From Octopus sinensis (lineage: Eukaryota), in assembly GCF_006345805.1 (NCBI RefSeq), contig NC_043019.1, forward strand, positions 6,075,360 through 6,139,359: a DNA stretch of 64,000 nucleotides, in the 5' to 3' direction. The notes beneath the pieces were generated by a model. It saw only the letters and a list, made by a program, of their open reading frames with translations, ran no database searches and was not told the origin of the DNA. Each line of letters begins with the position of its first letter. Position 1 is the first letter of the stretch. This document shows positions 24,186-37,530 of this stretch, one piece after another. The translations under genes and the position numbers were made by a program.

Positions 24186-26528
24186 GAATAAATAAATGGA
24201 GTTTAACGCAGGTGTAAATCAAATATTTTTAATTTCGACACATGTTTCTTTTCAGGAAAGTCAAAAAACGAAACTCGTCAATAAGAGATTTTAGCAAAAA
24301 ATGATGGATTTGTATAGCGATTGACTGAACGCTGTTAATATTGTTTAAAAAAACGTTATATGATATAACGTCATAAGTAGCTTACAGAAAGAGTAGGGAT
24401 ATTAATAGTGAATGTTAAATATAAAGGAAATTAAAGTTTAAATTATATATAATGATAGAGACTACGTATATGCACTAAATGTGTGTTTTTGCCAATGTTT
24501 ACATCTGTATGCTCGCTCTATAACCGTGTTTACTAGGGGATTTTCAGAAAAAAATAATGAAAAATAGCTCAGAATTGCAGAGAAGACAGAATTCCTTGCC
24601 TTTGTCATAAGGTATCGAAATTGAGTGAATCAACCATTCTAAATGAAATTGTTCATTGTGGTCTTTTAAATCCCAAATCAGTTTGCTGTATGTATATATA
24701 TGTGTATGCATATGGGTGTGTGCATGAGTGTATGTATGTACACATATATATATATGTATGTGTGTATGTATGTATGTATGTACGTATATACATGCCTGTA
24801 TGGATGTACTGATATACCTATACGATCGTGTGGGTCTCTATCTCTCTGCGTCTATGGATTGTTTACTTTACCTCCAAAATGTTTCCAACCAAAAGATACA
24901 AAAAGTTAAGAATAGTTTAGTTAATTTTTTCAGTAGAATGGGCTTAAAAATCGTTTTTGATGACGATATGACGAAGGCCAACTTTTTAGATATTACGCTT
25001 AATTTACACAGTGACTCTTACTTCCCATATCGTAAACCGTTGACCAATATTAAGTACATTAGCAAATTTAGTAATCATCCTAGAGCAATTACTAACAACT
25101 TAGTTAAGAATATTTCATTTAGATTATCTAAATTATCTGCTAATGTTGATATTTTCAATAATAACGCTGAATTCTATAACTCTGCCTTAATTAAAGCAGG
25201 TTATACAGAGAAAATTTTCTACATTGATTCTGCTCAGTCTAATTGTAAATTCAATAATGTAGATACGATTTCTAGTCGTAAAAGAATTATTGATAACAAA
25301 CATAACTTACGCACCGATACAAAGCGAATGGAGGCATATAACCCTTATTTAACCCCCTATTATCGTTCTAAAAGTAAATATAACACCTTCAAAAATAATT
25401 ACGCTATGAATACTAATAAAAATATTTGGTTAATTATTCCTTACGGGAGACAAATTGAATCTAATCTCCCACTGCTGTTTTGTCAAGCTATTGCTAGGAA
25501 TTTTCCAAAAAATTCTAGGTATTACTCTATTCACATACGGTTAGGATCGGTTTTTCAAATACAAAAAGTCTCTTACAAATTATCTCTTCACATAATAACA
25601 AACTGTTAAATATTAATACATTTACTAATACTAACATTAATTTAGCTAATACCATCCAATCCTCTAGAAATATTAATAATAAGGTTATTGTATCTGAAGT
25701 CAATTCCTATAGAATTAAGTTTATGTCAAGTAACTCTAAGATTAAAAATTCTATATGCCAGTGTATAATCAGTACTCGTAATAAAGTACGATTTTACATT
25801 GGAAGCACATCAAGTAACTCTAAGATTAAAAATTCTATATACCAGTGTATAATCAGTACTCGTAATAAAGTACGATTTTACATTGGAAGCACATCGTTAG
25901 AGTTATCTAAAAGAATTTCTATCCATTACTCAACATTTAGGGATAGAAATAAACGTAATAGTACCGGTCTCAGCAAACTGATTTGGGATTTAAAAGACCA
26001 CAATGAACAATTTTATTTAGAATGGTTGATTCACTCAATTTCGATACCTTATGACAAAGGCAAGGAATTCTGTTTTCTCTGCAATTCTGAGCTATTTTTC
26101 ATTATTTTTTCTGAAAATCCCCTAGTAAACACGGTTATAGAGCAAGCATACATATGTAAACATTGGCAAAAACACACATTTAGTGCATATAAGTAGTCTC
26201 TATCATTATATATAATTTAAACTTTAATTTCCTTTATATTTAACATTCACTATTAATATCCCTACTCTTTCTGTAAGCTACTTATGACGTTATATCATAT
26301 AACGTTTTTTTAAACAATATTAACAGCGTTCAGTCAATCGCTATACAAATCCATCATTCTTTGCTAAAATGTCTTATTGACGAGTTTCGTTTTTTTCACT
26401 TTCCTGGAGAGAAGATTGCATTGTTTATACCATTTATTCTTTTGAATAGTATCAGTGGAATTTTCGAAACATGTGTCGAAAGTAAAAATATTTGATTTAC
26501 ACCTGCGTTAAACTCCATTTATTTATTC
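24186..26528 (+). mobile_element. 5'-truncated Penelope-like element with inverted terminal repeats (24186-24465 and 26193-26528)
   Basis: RT thumb (GLKIVFDD..NFLDITLNL..YFPYRKP..SNHP) at 24815-25609; GIY-YIG (FYIGST..KRISIHYSTF..LSKLIW.LK..C.LC) at 25723-26196. Confidence 0.9.
26398..26483 (+). ncRNA. Hammerhead-like motif in the Penelope terminal repeat (A6G change)
   Basis: ACTTTC-CTGGAGA-GAAGATT.CATTG..CAGTG.AATTTTC-GAAA-CATGTG-TC-GAAAGT. Confidence 0.7.
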
Positions 26529-26678
26529 ATATATTATTCAAAATATTCCACGTAAACACGAAGTTTCTACCTTTATAAACAAGGAGTTACAACATCTTTA
26601 CTTGTGAGATTTTTGCTACCCTGGTAACTATTTATTTATTTTTTCCGTGTTAATTGTTAACAAGGTAAAAATACACTC

Positions 26679-26737
<59 letters not shown>

Positions 26738-26858
26738 TATAGGTGTATATGTGTGTGTATATATGTGTGTGATTGTGTGCGTGCCTCCAACCAGTCCTTT
26801 CGCGAGACCCTCAAAAGTAGGAACTTTTCAGCACCCACCTATACGCACACACACAGAT

Positions 26859-26895
<37 letters not shown>

Positions 26896-26898
<3 letters not shown>

Positions 26899-27249
26899 TA
26901 GGATTCTTTTAATTTCCGTCTACTAAATCCATTCACGAAGCTTTGGTTGGCTCGAGGTTATAGAACACACTTGCCCAAAGAGAATCCGGAACCATGTGGT
27001 TGGAATACAGGCTTCTTATTTCTTTATTACCCACAAGGGGCTAAACATAGAGGGGACAAACAAGGACAGATGAAGGAATTAAGTCGATTACATCGACCCC
27101 AGTGCGTAACTGGTACTAAATTTATCGCCCACGAAAGGATGAAAGGCAAAGTCGACCTCGGCGGAATTTGACCTCAGAGCGTAACGGCAGGCGAAATACC
27201 GCTAAGCACTTCGCCCGGCGTGCTACCTTTTCTGCCAGCTCGCCACCTT
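26896..27249 (-). mobile_element. Partial SINE A head (26896-27017) abutting a full SINE B (27017-27249)
   Basis: Similarity to other copies in the window. Confidence 0.8.
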
Positions 27250-28384
27250 AATAATAATATTCATAATAATAATAATAATAATAATTAATAAGTCGACCTC
27301 GATTGAATTTGAGCTCAGAACACGAAGACGTACGGAATGTTGTTAATCATTTTGTCCGGCGCGCTTAAGTTCCAACCAGCTCACCACCTCATGTAGTGTA
27401 ATGATATTAAATTCACAGATATTTTGTTGATTAAGTCGAATAGTTCCATCCCTTTCATTGGTATATGGGGAACAGAATAGTAGACTGGGTCACAGACACG
27501 GATCTTTTCTGTTTAGCTGCAGCTGTGGAAATTTCAAAGTTTATTGAAAATTTTAAAATTTGGTGTATTAATGTAGCATTCCAAGCAGAATCTCAGGAGC
27601 ACTTTTTCCAGAATTTTTTTTTTTTAAGCTACAGTGGTTTAAAGTTTGATAATTTCACCCAGTCAAAAAACAGGATTTCGAAGCTGTCATTTTGTGCGTG
27701 AGCGTTTTAATATGAAACTGTAAATAAACCAACTGCTTTACGCAGAAGAATTTTGCGAATTTTCAGAAAGGTTTTGTGAATTTGTATTCTGCACTCGAAA
27801 ATTCATATTATTCTGCAAAAACGAAAAATAAACATGGAGGTACGTAGTTTAAGGCCTATTTGGCTATTATTTTTAGCACATCTCTCGACCAAGTAACAAG
27901 CAGCAGATAGGCACAAGGAGCAGAACACAGCGTCGATGCACATGCTTTCGCGTAGAATATATTTGTCAACACGTGCTATCTCGCAGATAAAAGAGGTCTC
28001 ATGTTTGGTTTGTCACTATGGAAACAGGCATGAATGTGTTTGTAGCTTACGATTGGCTAAAATTACCCAAAATTTGCGAACTTTGAAAGCTGATAACTCT
28101 TTCTTTATTGATTAATGACGAAAATGAATTTCATGACATTGATTTACATATAAAACTACACCATTACACCGAATATAAAACTCGAACAGAAATTAAAGCC
28201 AAACAGAAAAGACCTACAGACACTTCTAGAATAGCTCTCCCATTGATGGATACTTCTTAATTTTAAAATATAATTTTCTCAGTTGTCTAACGGATATGAC
28301 TAAATCGGCATATTGTTTTGTTTTTTACTAGACACATTAAATATGCAGTGCTCTCACTGCCAACAACAGTCACAAGTATATTCT

Positions 28385-28804
28385 GAAGGCGGCGAGCTGG
28401 CAGAAATGTTAGCACGCCGGGCGAAATGCGTAGCCGTATTTCGTCTGCCGTTACGTTCTCAGTTCAAATTCCGCCAAGGTCGACTTTTCCTTTCATCCTT
28501 TCGGGGTCGATAAATTAAGTACCAGTTACACACTGGGGTCGATATAGTCGACTTAATCCGTTTGTCTGTCCTTGTTTGTCCCCTCTGTGTTTAGCTCCTT
28601 GTGGGTAGCAAAGAAATAGGTATTTTGTCTGTCGCTACGTTCTGAGTTCAAATTCCGCCGAGGTCGACTTTGCGTTTCATCCTTTCGGGGTCGATTAAAT
28701 AAGTACCAGTAACGCACTGGGGTCGATATAATCGACTTAATCCGTTTGTCTGTCCTTGTTTGTCCCCTCTGTGCGTAGCCCCTTGTGGGCAGTAAAGAAA
28801 TAAG
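28385..28804 (+). mobile_element. SINE family B with duplicated body
   Basis: One head followed by two bodies ending GTGGG..AAAGAAATA. Confidence 0.9.
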
Positions 28805-29033
28805 AAGTATATTCTGATTATAGGTTATCCATGAATAGGGAATTATCCCTATTTTTAAAGCGTCTCTTCGCTACCTGAACTCAACAATGAAAGTTAATTC
28901 CTCCCCTCCTCTTATGCATGTTCAGGCTGACCATCATTAGTGTCCCCCTCACCACTACCCCACCTATCTGTGACCACCCTCCCCAATATCTATAAAATAC
29001 TTTTGAAAACATATTATTCCTGTAAGAAGAAGA

Positions 29034-29416
29034 AAGCACTCCGTCGGTTACGACGATGAGGGTTCCGGTTGATCCGAATCAACGGAACAGCCTGCTCGTG
29101 AAATTAACGTGTAAGTGGCTGAGCACTCCACAGACACGGGCACCCTTAACGTAGTTCTCGGGGATATTCAGCGTGACACAGAGAGTGACAAGGCCAGCCC
29201 CTTGAAATACAGGTACAACAGAAACAGGAAGTAAGAGTGAGAGAAATTTGTGGTGAAAGAGTACAGCAGGGATCACCACCATCCCCTGCCGGAGCCTCGT
29301 GGAGCTTTTAGGTGTTTTCGCTCAATAAACACTCACAACGCCCGGTCTGGGAATCGAAACCGCGATCCTATGACCGCGAGTCCGTTGCCCTAACCACTGG
29401 GCCATTGCGCCTCCAC
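29034..29416 (-). mobile_element. SINE family C, full length
   Basis: Reverse complement of 7078-7463. Confidence 0.92.
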
Positions 29417-29819
29417 TATTCCTGTAAATATCATGTCGGAATGGCAGCAATTCTGTGCAAAAGGAGGGTCGCTGTGACACGGAGAAATATTTAACATGCA
29501 GACGTTCAGTTTTTCAAGCGATATAACCCCGATTGTTAAAATTAATAAAAGTTGACTATTAAGTTTATTAAGGTATTGTGCATTGACTATCCTATTAACC
29601 TTGTCTTTTACGTTGTTATATAAACACTATTGATTATTGACAAACAAAAGCCGGATCAAAACAACGTAAACGAAATTATGAATAAAAAGGGATGTGAGAA
29701 ACATTTAAGAAATGAAAATATTTAAAGATGCTCGTTTTGAATATGGCAATATTTTAGAGATAAAAATAGTTAAAGAATTAAAATGAATAGAAAATCTCAG
29801 GAACAACGAAAGATTTCAC

Positions 29820-30120
29820 ACACAGTTATAAAAGTTAGAAGCAATATAAAAACACAAACCAAGCCATTGTAAACTTAATAAAAACAAATACGAACATCAA
29901 TATTACCAGGATAAAAGAAATAGTGTATGCAGCAGCCAGAGTTATTACAATGAAAAGAGAGTATTCCCTTAATAATATAGGAATATTATAGGAATATTAA
30001 AACACATGCACACGATATGAGTAACAAACGTAGAGAAAAAAACTATAGAAAAACAGATCATACACTTAATAAAATCAATAACGATAAAGGAACATAAAAA
30101 ATATAGATAATGACTACAGG
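29820..30120 (+). mobile_element. Old R4-like LINE N-terminal fragment
   Basis: EIVYAAARVIT motif in a degenerate reading frame. Confidence 0.4.
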
Positions 30121-30210
30121 AATATATAAATTCTCTTTAAATCGTATAAAAGCCGTTGTTATGGTACCTGTGATTATTCATTAAAGAAAATTTATCAAGA
30201 ATTTGGTAAA

Positions 30211-30604
30211 TCTTTATATATAAAAGAGAAGTTGTGTGTCTGTCTCCTACGATTTAGATTCCTAACTACTCCCACATTTTGCGGTGCAGTTTAACCAAAA
30301 GTGGGTATCTTATAGTCGTGATTCATATCAAGCCCTTCTGGGTATTAGCGCGCGTCTACGATGAGTCTACGATTTTTAAAAAAATTTACCATCATTTTTT
30401 CCATTTTAATGCATTTTTTCGCTATTATATAAGGGAAGTAACTCTCTAAAAATGTCTACGATGAGTCAACGATTTAAAAAAAATTTACCATCATTTGTTT
30501 TCCATTTTTAATGCATTTTTTTGCTATTTTTTGGCTATAACTCTCTAAAAATCCTTATATAGTTATTTCCATAACAAACCCGAGCAACGCCGGGATACTG
30601 CTAG
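30211..30604 (+). mobile_element. Non-autonomous Helitron
   Basis: A|TC 5' end, subterminal CCCGAGCAACGCCGGG hairpin, CTAG|T 3' end, no TSD; second copy at 46008. Confidence 0.88.
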
Positions 30605-30849
30605 TATAATATAGAAATCAATGTCACATCAATAGAAAGAGTAGTCGAGGAATTCTAGGGAGAAGTATTGTCTTTGGAAACATCTCCACAGGTGTGAATG
30701 TTCAAGCCAAAAGGCGCAGCACCTGAATAGTTGTGGGGGTTGTGGGAGTGGGGGGGAAGGATGTCAAGTCAAGATCGAAACCAGATGCTACAGATAGAAA
30801 CAATAAGATGGCGCAAGAAAAATATAAGAAACCATACTTTTAGTTAAAA

Positions 30850-31460
30850 TGTTTAACAGGAAGGCATAAGACAATAGCAGTGATCTTTAACAAGACAATG
30901 GGAAAACGGGAGAGAATAGCTGAACGGATCTCAGAAGAATGGTCTGAGTGTGGCAGCGTATTGGCAGGCTTTATACGGAATTCTGCACACGTAGGTCTTG
31001 AGAACATAACGTAACAGCAATAATACTTTCTGTCGATAGATTTTTGTAATTCAAATTTCATAAGAATCTGTCCACTTAGTTGTTTCTATCTATTTGTAAC
31101 GCAACTGGCAACTGTAGATCCAATTTCTTGGAGGACAAGATCCAGGGAGTAGTTTTCCGTAGTGTACAAAATATGTACCAGGAAACATGTATTTTAATTT
31201 CTTTTGTATGCCTGAAAAGTTTCCGCTTATGATACATGCACCATCAATGGCAAAAGCAGCATCATTTTGAGCCCAGCGAAGTGTTTAGGCAACAAAAAAC
31301 ATCCAGAATAATCTTAGTCAATGTCTCCGAAGTGTGGTCAGGATGGTTAAAAAAGCTGAGAAAATCTTCGTGGACATCCTGGTTTTCAGACACATAACAA
31401 TAATTTATTTTTATTCCATATAACATCAATAAACGGGGAATCTTCAACAAGTTTTCTCAT
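30850..31460 (-). mobile_element. Decayed hAT-like transposase fragment
   Basis: HEDFLSFF..TSETLTKIILDVF..DGAS.ISG motif order. Confidence 0.55.
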
Positions 31461-31893
31461 CTCGTGTAGGGTGTTATGAACGAACATATGCCTCTAGAAT
31501 TTCATTTTGTATGGTATCAGATAGGAAATTAACTCGTTTAGGCTGCTGCCTTATTTCTGAACCACATTTTCCGGCAAGTTCTTTTTTGAGATTTATAGTT
31601 TCCTGTGACGTCTGTCGACTTTCTCTTGGACGATGGAACTAGTAAATTCATTAATCTTTTACTAAGAATATTCTTCAGGATATTCTTTTACTAACGATTT
31701 CCTTAATTCTCTGATCATAAAAGTGCTAACCACAATTATCTTTCACTAAGTATGTTCTTTAATTCTTCGATGAACTAGTAACTACTAATGCTCTTTATCA
31801 AAGATATTCCTTAATTCTTTCCTTCTAAGAACGGTATTGCTGACTTATATGGAAATCTTTGCTCAATGATATACGGTCCACATGCTCAGGCAT

Positions 31894-32299
31894 TACTCTT
31901 TACTCTTTTTACTCTTTTACTTGTTTCTGCCATTTGACTGCGTCCATGCTGGAGCACCGCCTTTAGTCGAGCAAATCGACCCCAGGACTTATTCTTTATA
32001 AGCCTAGTACTTATTCTATCGGTCTCTTTTGCCGAACCGCTAAGTTACGGGGACGTAAACACACCAACATCGGTTGTCAAGCTATGTTGGGGGGACAAAC
32101 ACAGACACACAAACACACACATACATATATACATATATATACATATATACGACGGGCTTCTTTCAGTTTCCGTCCACCAAATCCACTTACAAGGCTTTGG
32201 TCGGCCCGAGGCTATAGTAGAAGACACTTGCCCACGGTGCCACGCAGTGGGACTGAACCCGGAACCACAAGCTACTTACCACACAGCCACTCCTACGCC
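31894..32299 (-). mobile_element. SINE family A
   Basis: Match to family consensus. Confidence 0.9.
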
Positions 32300-32619
32300 T
32301 GTTCTAGAAACAACTTTAGAAACTTTACGTATTATTTTTTAATCCCTTATTTACTCTAACAACTCTGCAATTATGTTTGACTTACATGCCCTAAAGTAAT
32401 ACATCATCTTTTACTTGTTCATCTCTCTTCCTAACATATATCAACCAGTTCAATGATAGGCAGCTTCAACACTACCTCTGTTTCAGCTGTTCAATCCGGA
32501 GCTCAAGCGGTAAACTAATCTGAACACTTGTTGTACATACCTATTACATTGCGAAATTTTTTAATGTTTTTATTTTTCATTCCTTTCGAAACTTATGTAT
32601 TTAAATGTTCACTGTATTT

Positions 32620-32687
<68 letters not shown>

Positions 32688-32691
<4 letters not shown>

Positions 32692-32820
32692 GAGAATTCA
32701 CAAAAAAAAAACAAAAGACGAAGACAGGTGGCGTATTAGTTTAACGCTCGGGGAGCGAAAAAGTCTTTAAGGTTTCGACCCTACGCTCTTCCACAGAAAG
32801 AAACAAGGAGAAAAAATAAA
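32688..32820 (-). mobile_element. Penelope terminal-repeat fragment with a degenerate hammerhead at 32765-32800
   Basis: CTTT-CTGTGGA-A-GAGC(GTAG)GGTC-GAAA-CCTTA-AAG; homologous to 36472-36507. Confidence 0.55.
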
Positions 32821-32825
32821 GAAAT

Positions 32826-32866
<41 letters not shown>

Positions 32867-32899
32867 ATGCATGTACATATATGTATGAATGTGTGTGTA

Positions 32900-32967
<68 letters not shown>

Positions 32968-33067
32968 ACGAAGAATCTAAAATTTTGATGTATTAAATTT
33001 CATATTCCAGTTCTATAATAACATTACTTACATTTGACGGATATTTGTCCTCATCTTGTTTGTTGTT

Positions 33068-33113
33068 AACACAATGTTTCAGCTGATATACCCTCCAACC
33101 TTCATCAGTTGTC
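33068..33113 (-). ncRNA. Degenerate minimal hammerhead
   Basis: GACAA-CTGATGA-A-GGTTG..CAGCT-GAAA-CA-TT-GTGTT; core intact, stems decayed. Confidence 0.55.
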
Positions 33114-33171
33114 TTGGGGAAATTTCGAACCTGGGTTCTCATTCCTAAGGTATTTTTCGATATTATTCATA

Positions 33172-33215
<44 letters not shown>

Positions 33216-33226
33216 TATTATTATTA

Positions 33227-33262
<36 letters not shown>

Positions 33263-33702
33263 TGTATGTATGTATATACATGTATGTATATACATATATG
33301 TATGTATGTGTGTATCTATCTATATTTATTTTTCATTCCTTTCGAAACTTTGTCCCTAATAGTGGTTTGGAATTTAACTGTCCTTTCTAATTACCCTACG
33401 AAACTAATCAACCTACCACAATGAAACCTCTACCCAGCGAAATTACCAGCGCAAGAACAAAATTTAATGTAAGACTTACTACCTTTGCTTCTATTACCAT
33501 CACATATGTATCAATTATTTTTGCATCCTAACCGATGCATCTATCTTTGCATTCTGATGAGATTTACTTAAACCAGTAAATCGAAACGATCGTAAATGCT
33601 ACCTTCATCTTTGCTTCCTTCTTCTTTGTTATCTAATTAAATTAAAGGCATACCAGCGAAAACCACGAGTTTCCCCTTGTTATTACATCCATTTTCTTCT
33701 CA

Positions 33703-33740
<38 letters not shown>

Positions 33741-33937
33741 TATTCCCTCGAATATAGCGAGTGTTACGTTCAAAAACTCTGCGATAGGTAAACCGCGATA
33801 TAGCGAGGGATTACTGTATGTATGTGTATATATATATATATATATATACATAAGTATGTATATATGTGCGTGTGAGTGTGTATGTGTGTGTATATACATA
33901 CATACACACACATGCACACACATACACACACACACAA

Positions 33938-33980
<43 letters not shown>

Positions 33981-34001
33981 ATATATATATTATATATATA
34001 T

Positions 34002-34033
<32 letters not shown>

Positions 34034-34122
34034 CACATATATATATATATATATGTAGGTCCCGGGTTGAGTCGGGGTTAACCACAGTAAATAAGGTACT
34101 CAATACATAGCAGAGTAAATTA

Positions 34123-34249
34123 ATTTATTTTATAGAAGGAGCTTCTACAGGACTAGAACTGTTTCATTCAAAAGAATCATCAGGCTTCCTGATGATTCTT
34201 TTGAATGAAACAGTTCTAGTCCTGTAGAAGCTCCTTCTATAAAATAAAT
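34123..34249. repeat. Perfect 127-bp palindrome (62-bp arms, CTT loop)
   Basis: 34123-34184 is the exact reverse complement of 34188-34249. Confidence 0.97.
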
Positions 34250-34577
34250 ATATATATATATATATAATATATACGCGAAAGATGGAGGTGGAAATAGCAC
34301 AGAAGAATTTAATAAAATGATTTTAAAATTATATAAAGAAAATATAAAATATTACCGGTTTCAATGATGACTTACATCTTATCAAATATTAATAAAAATT
34401 TATAAAAATTTTAAGTAAAAACAGTTTACCTTCTGTTTGGTGGTCAAAACATGTCTGGAGTTTTTCAATAAGGAGTGTTGTTGTCAATTGTCTAAAAAAA
34501 TCTCTGTGGGTTCTGGCTGAAGGAGTAGTTTGAAAACATTTATTGAATGGGTTTTATGTTCGGATGTGACCAATAGT

Positions 34578-34750
34578 GAGGTCGCGTGGCTTAGCGTTTC
34601 GGGTGTTGCACTCATGATCATGAAATCATGATTTCAATTCTTAGACCGAGCCTTGCATTGTGTTCTTGAGCAAAAAAACTTCATCTCACGCTGCTCCACG
34701 ATTACTTCGACGTCCGACGTGCGATACACTGTGCACCTGTTCAAACAACG
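34578..34750 (+). mobile_element. Diverged tRNA-derived SINE with family D-like head
   Basis: GCGTGGCTTAG..TGTGTTCTTGAGCAAAA core. Confidence 0.65.
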
Positions 34751-34904
34751 TCGATTTGGAGATTGCAGGGAAAAACCTGATTCCAAGGAGAAGCAAACTG
34801 AAACCAAAAGACGGAAAGAAAAATAATGTACAGACAACTTTACAGACACAGAAGCTGAAACTGATTTGGAGAGGAAACAGAATCTTTAATCTGTGAAGCA
34901 CAAG

Positions 34905-35910
34905 AGCAAACCCTGATGACACATTATATTAAGTACAAGATTGAAAACTCAGGTGCAACAGAAAAGAGTAGGATGTGCCAAGAGAAGGAAGAAACTGTGT
35001 AGCATATCACCAATCAACGCACGAAGCTGACAGAAAGTATACAAGGGATACTATGATAACGAGACGAAAATCGTTGATCGGGAGTTATGTGGAAAATATG
35101 ACCAGGCGCAGGAGTGGCTGAGTGGTAAGTAGCTTGCTTACCAACCACATAGTTCCGGGTTCAGTCCCACTGCGTGGCACCTTGGGCAAGTGTCTTCTAC
35201 TATAGCCTCGGGCCGACCAAAGCCTTGTGAGTGGATTTGGTAGACAGAAACTGAAAGAAGCCTGTCGTATATATGTATATGTATATGTATGTGTGTGTAT
35301 GTTTGTGTGTCTGTGTTTTTCCCCCTAGCATTGCTTGACAACCGATGCTGGTGTATTTACGTCGCCGTCACTTAGCAGTTCGGCAAAAGAGACCGATAGA
35401 ATAAGTACTGGGCTTACAAAGAATAAGTCCCGGGGTCAATTTGCTCGACTAAAAGCGGTGCTCCAGCATGGCCGCATTCAAATGACTGAAACAAGTAAAA
35501 GAGTAAAAGATAGTTGAACGAGCAGAAACGAGGAGGATTTGTAGAATATGAGAAAAGCAATATTTTATGTGATTTAAGGTGCAATATTTCCATGAAACTG
35601 AACGTCGAAAACCAGGTATTATGGTGATTAACAAAGCTAGTAAACAATGTTTGATTATAGATGTGGCTTCTCCAGCTGACAATAAGTTTTGGGACGACGA
35701 ATTGAAGAAGATTGGGAGACATGAACTACTAACATGGAAAATAAACATTTGTGAGCAATGAAAAAAGCTGTGGTCGGGTTACTTGGTACTGTGAGTAGCA
35801 GGATTGAAAACTATTTTTTTTAAATTGGGAGCAACATCAGGGTGGATCACTTACGGAAACTAACAGCCCTTGAAACAGTTAAACTACTTAGAAAAGCACT
35901 TGACAATTAA
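34905..35910 (+). mobile_element. R4-like LINE C-terminus (zinc knuckle and RLE), split by a SINE A
   Basis: RMCQEKEETV.HI before the SINE; RKPGIMVINK..CLIIDVASPAD after it. Confidence 0.7.
35105..35510 (+). mobile_element. SINE family A, full length
   Basis: Complete head to AAAAGAGT tail. Confidence 0.92.
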
Positions 35911-36419
35911 ATGTACCACCGCAGTTCACTGGTTGTGTACAGTTGGCACCCGTATTAGATCACCAGCAGCAATTGCTGTGCGACAAATGAAATTTTTATA
36001 ATACATAGGTAGTATTTCATACAGGTTGATACTCCATAGCGACGAAGCGACGGAAGAATTTTACAAACAAATTTAAGATGCAATAAAAGCCCCCAAATAT
36101 AAAGAAACTACAACAGTTATAATGGAAAAAAAGTCAGCCGAAAAAATACTGACAATACAATAAAGTTAATATAGATTAAGTGAAAGAAATGAATGCATTA
36201 ACAAATGATGCCGTTTTGTCAGACATACTTTAGTAGTCATTAACACTCTAGTCCAACAACCACCAAGAAAATTCACAGCATGGCCACAGCTCATTAGCTG
36301 AAACTGGAAAAATCAAATCGAAAAATCATAGGAGGAGTAACATAAAAAGATAAAGTAGAAAATGTTTTATAAATATATACCGACAATATTATATTATTTA
36401 TTAACCAACTATAAATAGA

Positions 36420-36600
36420 TAGATCGTTAGCCACTACACACATTTTTTCTCTCCTTGTTTTTTCTGTGTCCCTTTCTGTAGAAGAGCGTAGGCTCGAAAT
36501 GTAAAAGACTTTTTCTATTCCTGAGTGTTATACTAATACATCTATTTGTTTTGTACACCACCTGTCTTCGTCTTTTTTTTTCGTAAACTCTCCCTATACA
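36420..36600 (+). mobile_element. Penelope terminal-repeat fragment with a hammerhead-like motif at 36472-36507
   Basis: CTTT-CTGTAGA-A-GAGC(GTAG)GCTC-GAAA-TG-TA-AAAG. Confidence 0.6.
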
Positions 36601-36919
36601 TATACTATACATCATATATAAACCAAATGAAGTACACTATGTACTATATATGAAGTAACTATATTATATTAAATATAAACCAAATTAGGTGTACTATATT
36701 ATACTATATATACACCAACTATTTACAAATTTACAAAAACATAGTCTGGTCCTCTGGAACAGATATCAATTCAGATATAATTCAGAGATAATTAAATCAC
36801 AAAGCAAGCTTAAGAAAATGAAAATACCCAAAAGAAGAGAACAATTGAAGTTGTTAAAACAGACGATATACAAACAGAAGTGTTATTTGGGAATGTGATA
36901 CAAATTTGAATATTTACAC

Positions 36920-37530
36920 AATGAAGAAGAAAACGGAGGTGAAGGAGAGGAAGGAGGAGAGGAGAGGAAGGAGAAGAAGAAGAAGAAGAAGAAGAGAAGA
37001 AGAAGATGGAAAGAGATAAAAGAAGAAGAAGAAGAAGAAGAAGAGAAGAAGAAAGAAGAAGAAGAAGAAGAATAAGAAGAAGAAGAAGAAGAAGAAGAAA
37101 GAAGAAGAAGAAGAAGAAGAAGAAGAAAAAAAAAAAAAAGAAAAAGAAGAAGAGAAGAAGAAGAAGATGGAGGAGGAAGAGGAAAGAAAGAAGAAGAAAG
37201 AAGAAGAAGAAAGAAGAGGAGGAGGAGATGGGGAGAAAGAAGGAGGGAGGAGGAGAGGGGAGGAGGGGAGGAGAAGATGGGGGAGAAGAAGAAGAGAAGA
37301 AGAAGGAGGAAGAGGAGGAGAAGAAGATGAAGAAGAAGGAGGAAGGAGGAGGAAAGAGAAAAGAGAAGGAGGGGAGGAGGAGGAAGAAGAGGAGGAAGAG
37401 GAGGAGAAGAAGAAGGGAGGGAGGGGGAGGGGAGTGGAGGGGGAGGGGGAGGAGAAGATGGGGAGAAGAAGAAGATGAAGAAGAAGAGGAAGAAGAACAA
37501 CAACAACAGCAACAACAACAACAACCATTT
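36920..37530. repeat. Polypurine (GAA/GGA)n tract ending in (CAA)n
   Basis: About 580 bp almost devoid of pyrimidines on the + strand. Confidence 0.95.
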
